64,000 nucleotides of DNA from Balanoglossus misakiensis (Eukaryota > Animalia > Hemichordata): NCBI GenBank assembly GCA_040954595.2, contig CM082581.2, positions 2,596,699 through 2,660,698 on the forward strand, given 5' to 3'. Position 1 is the first letter of the stretch, and each line of letters opens with the position of its first letter. The notes beneath the pieces are model-generated. The model searched no databases, had not been told where the DNA came from, and saw only the letters and a list, made by a program, of their open reading frames with translations. Positions 59,837-64,000 of the stretch are shown in pieces. The position numbers were made by a program, and so were the translations under genes.

Positions 59837-61635
59837 ACTTAACCGGAAGTACTGGAGTACATTTTTACGAACAAACATACGCTCGTCTCACGGACTTGGT
59901 GAAGTTGTTATTTGGACGGCTGGAGAACTGAGAAAGCGGTAAGTGATAATAGAAATAACATCTGAATATCTTATCCATAACATTTGTTTCGAAGATACGG
60001 ATTTTGTAGGCGGCGACAACCTCTGCAATTAGAGGTTATAAACGGTGCGATCGTTTCCTCAGGCGCGTGTACCCAAATACCACCTGTGTGTTGTTAGCAT
60101 TAACCAGGGCTAAACAAGTCAACTGACGAACAAAAACAAAGTTTTATTTACCTTTTGAGTGTGTACATTTTGATAGCTCCACTCTACTTCAGTAAAGTCA
60201 TGGTCTGTGTGTGCATTGTTATGTTTGAAAAGCTTGCATGTCAGTCAAATGCGCAGATATCTCAGATAATCACCATTGGCTATTATTTCATCTTTGGTTT
60301 TGAAAGATGAAAACAATTTTTTACCATAGTAACACCTATTCTAAACTAGAAATCAAGGTGATTAATTTTTTGTTTTGTTTTTAGGCATATATTCTTTGGA
60401 ATTTTTTTGGTGTTTTTAGTTGAATTCAAGGACCATGTGTGTTAAAAATGTGAATATCTATTTTCAATGAATTGTTGCCAGAATTGGTAATATAATAAAT
60501 TCTCAGTGTTTTATTTAATTTACATACAGGTGTGTGTAACTCACAGCTCGGCAAGTGGCCAATAAACCAAGACCCACCATGCATAAAATCTGTAAAAACA
60601 GTTGACTTTGTTACAAGTGTACTTTATTGGCAACCATGATAAAATAAACTTGGTGAAAACTTAAATATTTCATGTGAAGTGTGTCATTCACAGAGTACAA
60701 TATTCTACCCACCATTCGCCATACACTGCACTGAACACCGTACTTTTCACAGGTTCTAGGTTATAAGTTGTAAAAGTAAAAAAAAAACACACACAGACAC
60801 TTCAGATTTTGGTTTACGTGAGTTTGTCATTTTATTCTATGTTAAGCTAAACGAAACATGTTGAGTTACTAATGACTGGTTTGAGACTCGATTCAGTGTG
60901 GAATTACTCCAAAACCAAAGTAGATACAGAAATGACGACTTGGTGGCTGAAAGATTACTATTGAATCTAAATACTCGCTATATTTTTAGGACCTTGGGTA
61001 ATGGCAGCACGCAAAATAAACACAACTTGTTCCGCCTTGAGAAGACAAGTTGACCTCCACAGTGTGTAACCTCATGGTGACGTCACATGCAATTGTGATG
61101 AAATTTTACTTTTGCTTTAAAACTTGCCTAATAATCATAATGAACTGAAGTATCACAAATAACTGCAGGACATCTTTCTGTATTGTGCAGGGGAAAAAAT
61201 CATATTATACTTGTCCATTTGCCCAACAAGTTACTTAAAGGGGAAATCCGTCGTAGCTGATTTCTACATAATTTGGTAGCTTTGATGTCACTCTTTCAGA
61301 AAAAAACATATTCGCCATGTATAGGTCGCGCGATTTTTTACAAAATCTAGGGAAAGTTGGCAGAATTTCCAATATGGCGTTTACTGTAATTTGAATCATG
61401 GGAAAAAAAGCGCCAGGACCAACTTCCGCCCACCTTAGTGTGGGTGATACCATTTTCCGATTGGTGTCACTGCGTCACAAGCTAAGCGTATTTTCATATT
61501 TTCCATGGGTTATAGCTCATGAAAACTGTCAATAGATGACAAATTTTCGACTTTGCTGATGATTGTTTATCAACTGATGCAAAGAACAAACAATAGCTAT
61601 GAAAATACGCCTAGTCTGTCGCCCAGGTGACTCTA

Positions 61636-63006
61636 TAAGAGTTCCCTGCACCGCAGCGGTGGGAATAAGAGTTCCCTGCAGCGCAACGATCTGACCGTTC
61701 TTTATTTACTCCTCGGCGACATAAAACGTTTTATTATACACCTAGTGCTGAGAACACTGGATTTTGGCGTGCAATAAAAAGCCGTACTGAACGGTACGTA
61801 CGGAACTTAAATAAGTTTTAGGTTTCAAGGCGCCCCAACTCACCGTGTACAGGTATGCGTTGTTATGCGGACGGTTTCAAGGCGCTCCCACTCCAACGCA
61901 CTTGAAAGCCAAGTAACATGCAACACAAGAACTAACGGAGATGTAAGATGTATAATAATAAGGTTATTACGAAAATACCACAAAGTATGCACTCGGACAT
62001 TAGCGCAGTGCATCGCCCTCCGCTGCGCGTCGGGCGATACTTGGCGCTAATGTCCTCGTGCATACTTTGCGGTATTTTCGTAATAACCTCATATTATTAC
62101 GGCCTAAATAACGACTTTTTCGCTCCTTGGTTGGTCACGCGGACGGAAAGACAGGGTTTTAGCGAGTTTATCTATCTCTTTGCTGAGCACTCCATATTCA
62201 GAATTGCCCAAGTGAACCGCGACAAAAAAACGGCCAAGTTTCTCTGCATGTTTCTTATACCCGACAGATAAAAAACGCAGCGTAGATATTGAAATGAATT
62301 GGATTTATGAAATTGATAAAAAATACAAAGATAATGTCGTTAAAAGTTCTCACAAAAAAAAACAAAAAAAACAAATGGTCTCGAACCAACATCTGTTGAC
62401 ACCTACAGGTAAAAAGGCTAGCCTTCCTGAACCCTTCGCCATCAAGATGTGTACTCGAAAAAGTCGGAACTTTTCCGCACTATATTGCAGCACAACTCCA
62501 ATTAGCGGTGCAAATAAGAGTTCCCTGCACCGCAGCGGTGCGAATAAGAGTTCCCTGCCGCGCAACGATCTGACCGTTCTTTATTTACTCCTCGGCGACA
62601 TAAATCGTTTTATTACGGCCTAAATAAGGACTTTTTCGCTCCTTGGTTGGTCATGCGGACGGAAAGACACGGTTTTAGCGAGTTTATCTTTCTCTCTCCT
62701 GAGCACTCCGTATTCACACCTGCCCAAGTGAACCGCGACAAAAATGACCAAGTTTCCCTGCAAGTTTCTTATACTCGACAGATAAAATACGTAGCGTTGA
62801 TATTGAAATGAATTGGCTTTTTGAAAATAATAAAAATTACACTGATAATGTCGTTAAAAATTCTCACACACAAAAAAGAAATGGACAAAAAAGTGGTCTC
62901 GAACCAACACCAGTTGACACCTTCATGTAAAAGGCTAGCCTTCCTGAACCATTCGCCATCAAGATGTCGTTAAAAGTTCTCACACCCCAAAAAATAGAAA
63001 AAAAGT
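61636..63006 (-). repeat. More diverged monomers of the ~500-bp satellite
   Basis: Same motifs (GTTCCCTGCACCGCAGCGG, CGGCCTAAATAACGAC) with many substitutions. Confidence 0.9.
61737..62093. mobile_element. Small hairpin-ended insertion in the satellite (Crypton-like)
   Basis: TTATTA is duplicated (61731-36 and 62094-99). A ~145-bp palindrome spans 61953-62099, and the satellite resumes in register. Confidence 0.65.
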
Positions 63007-63454
63007 GGGCGCTTGGGCCCCTAACGATTCAGAGAGTTTGACAGCTACTCAAACACTTCTTAGTACTTTTCCTATTGATAGCACCATGTCTTCACACAAT
63101 GAAATTTCAGGTCGGCCTTCATCAGTCACTAACCTATGTACTCATTGTGTTCCACTCAACATGAATGTTTAGATGATGCTGGGTATGCATCTGAGAATCC
63201 AGCTTGTGACGACGGCACACACTGTTTAGGTATTCCAATTTCACCTACACCGATAGTTACAAATATTACAAGTCAGGATAAACCATACTTTCATCATGAT
63301 CAAAAATTGTCCAGCTGTGATACGTTCGCAAAAATTCTAGTGTGCCACAACAGTTACAATCTGAATCCTCCCACGATTGCCACTTGGGCATGGCCCAGGC
63401 TAATAACAGCGATTATGACTCTAAAAACCGACATTGTGATGGTGGCATTCATAA

Positions 63455-64000
63455 TGCAGACTCCCAATTTCCCCGCCAGTCATCAACAATAACAATCATG
63501 ACATGCCTGTTGATATATTGTCCAACATGCCACAACATCCACATTCCGGGTCCTCCTACAATAGTAATTGTGATTTTATCCAGGCAGGTATCATAGATGA
63601 TATGCAGCATATCTCAACAACAGATACACTTTCATATCCGCATATGGCAGATTGTGATTTTGAACAAAGTCAGAGCGCTCACATCCCAATAGAGTATTGG
63701 CCACACCCATTGTCCCCCACAGCCTCACTGTCTATTCAAAAGCATGTCAAAATTTACAATTCAAATTTACCCAATTACAAAGGGTGCCGCGTTCCAGTTC
63801 AGTCAAATCTATGCATTCCAATTTGGCGAGCTAAACTACAAGGGTATGATGACTATGCAGTTTGTGATTTCTTAGAATTTGGATGGCCATTGAATTACAC
63901 ATTATCCCATCACCCACTTCCAGTTTCCACCAACCACAAATCAGCAGTGCTGTACCCAGATCACGTAGACAGATATATCTCTAAGGAGGTAGCCCTAGGC
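63455..64000 (+). CDS. N-terminal part of a Ngaro-like (DIRS-order) RT ORF, running off the window
   Basis: Stop-free frame absent from the ORF track: ...LPNYKGCRVPVQSNLCIPIWRAKLQGYDDYAVCDFLEFGWPLNY...NHKSAVLYPDHVDRYISKEVALG. Confidence 0.75.

Larger units (their letters stand above)
53296..59840 (-). mobile_element. Near full-length degenerate Tx1/L1-clade LINE (5' boundary uncertain)
   Basis: Order on the minus strand is 5' minisatellite, ORF1 with zinc knuckles, ORF2 APE-RT-ZnF, then a 3' UTR with AATAAA. Confidence 0.9.

Overview
This is eukaryotic, almost entirely transposon-derived DNA; the element types suggest a marine invertebrate. No host gene, RNA gene or CRISPR array is supported. 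The window is organised as a giant interrupted palindrome: 3633-21978 is an inverted, visually ~99% identical copy of 31697-55650, around a 9.7-kb spacer that is colinear with the right arm. Each arm contains a Tx1/L1 LINE 3' part, a ~500-bp satellite, a BEL/Pao LTR element and a Gypsy-like element whose RT motif is IADD. Each arm also has private insertions. The left arm has a foldback element at its outer edge, a Helentron-type HINE and a 1524-bp higher-order satellite expansion. The right arm has a 12.9-kb CACTA element containing a young full-length Gypsy and a BEN-domain relic, plus a Kolobok-type MITE. The spacer holds an apparently intact PAT-like tyrosine-recombinase retrotransposon with A1-B1-A2-B2 split repeats. 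Its gag, RT-RH-MT and YR ORFs lack their own upstream ATG, and each has a phase-0 splice acceptor at or near its 5' end that is in frame with one shared leader exon. This suggests an alternative-splicing expression system and is the most interesting signal. A Ngaro-like RT ORF runs off the right edge. All family assignments come from motif recognition by eye; no database search was run.
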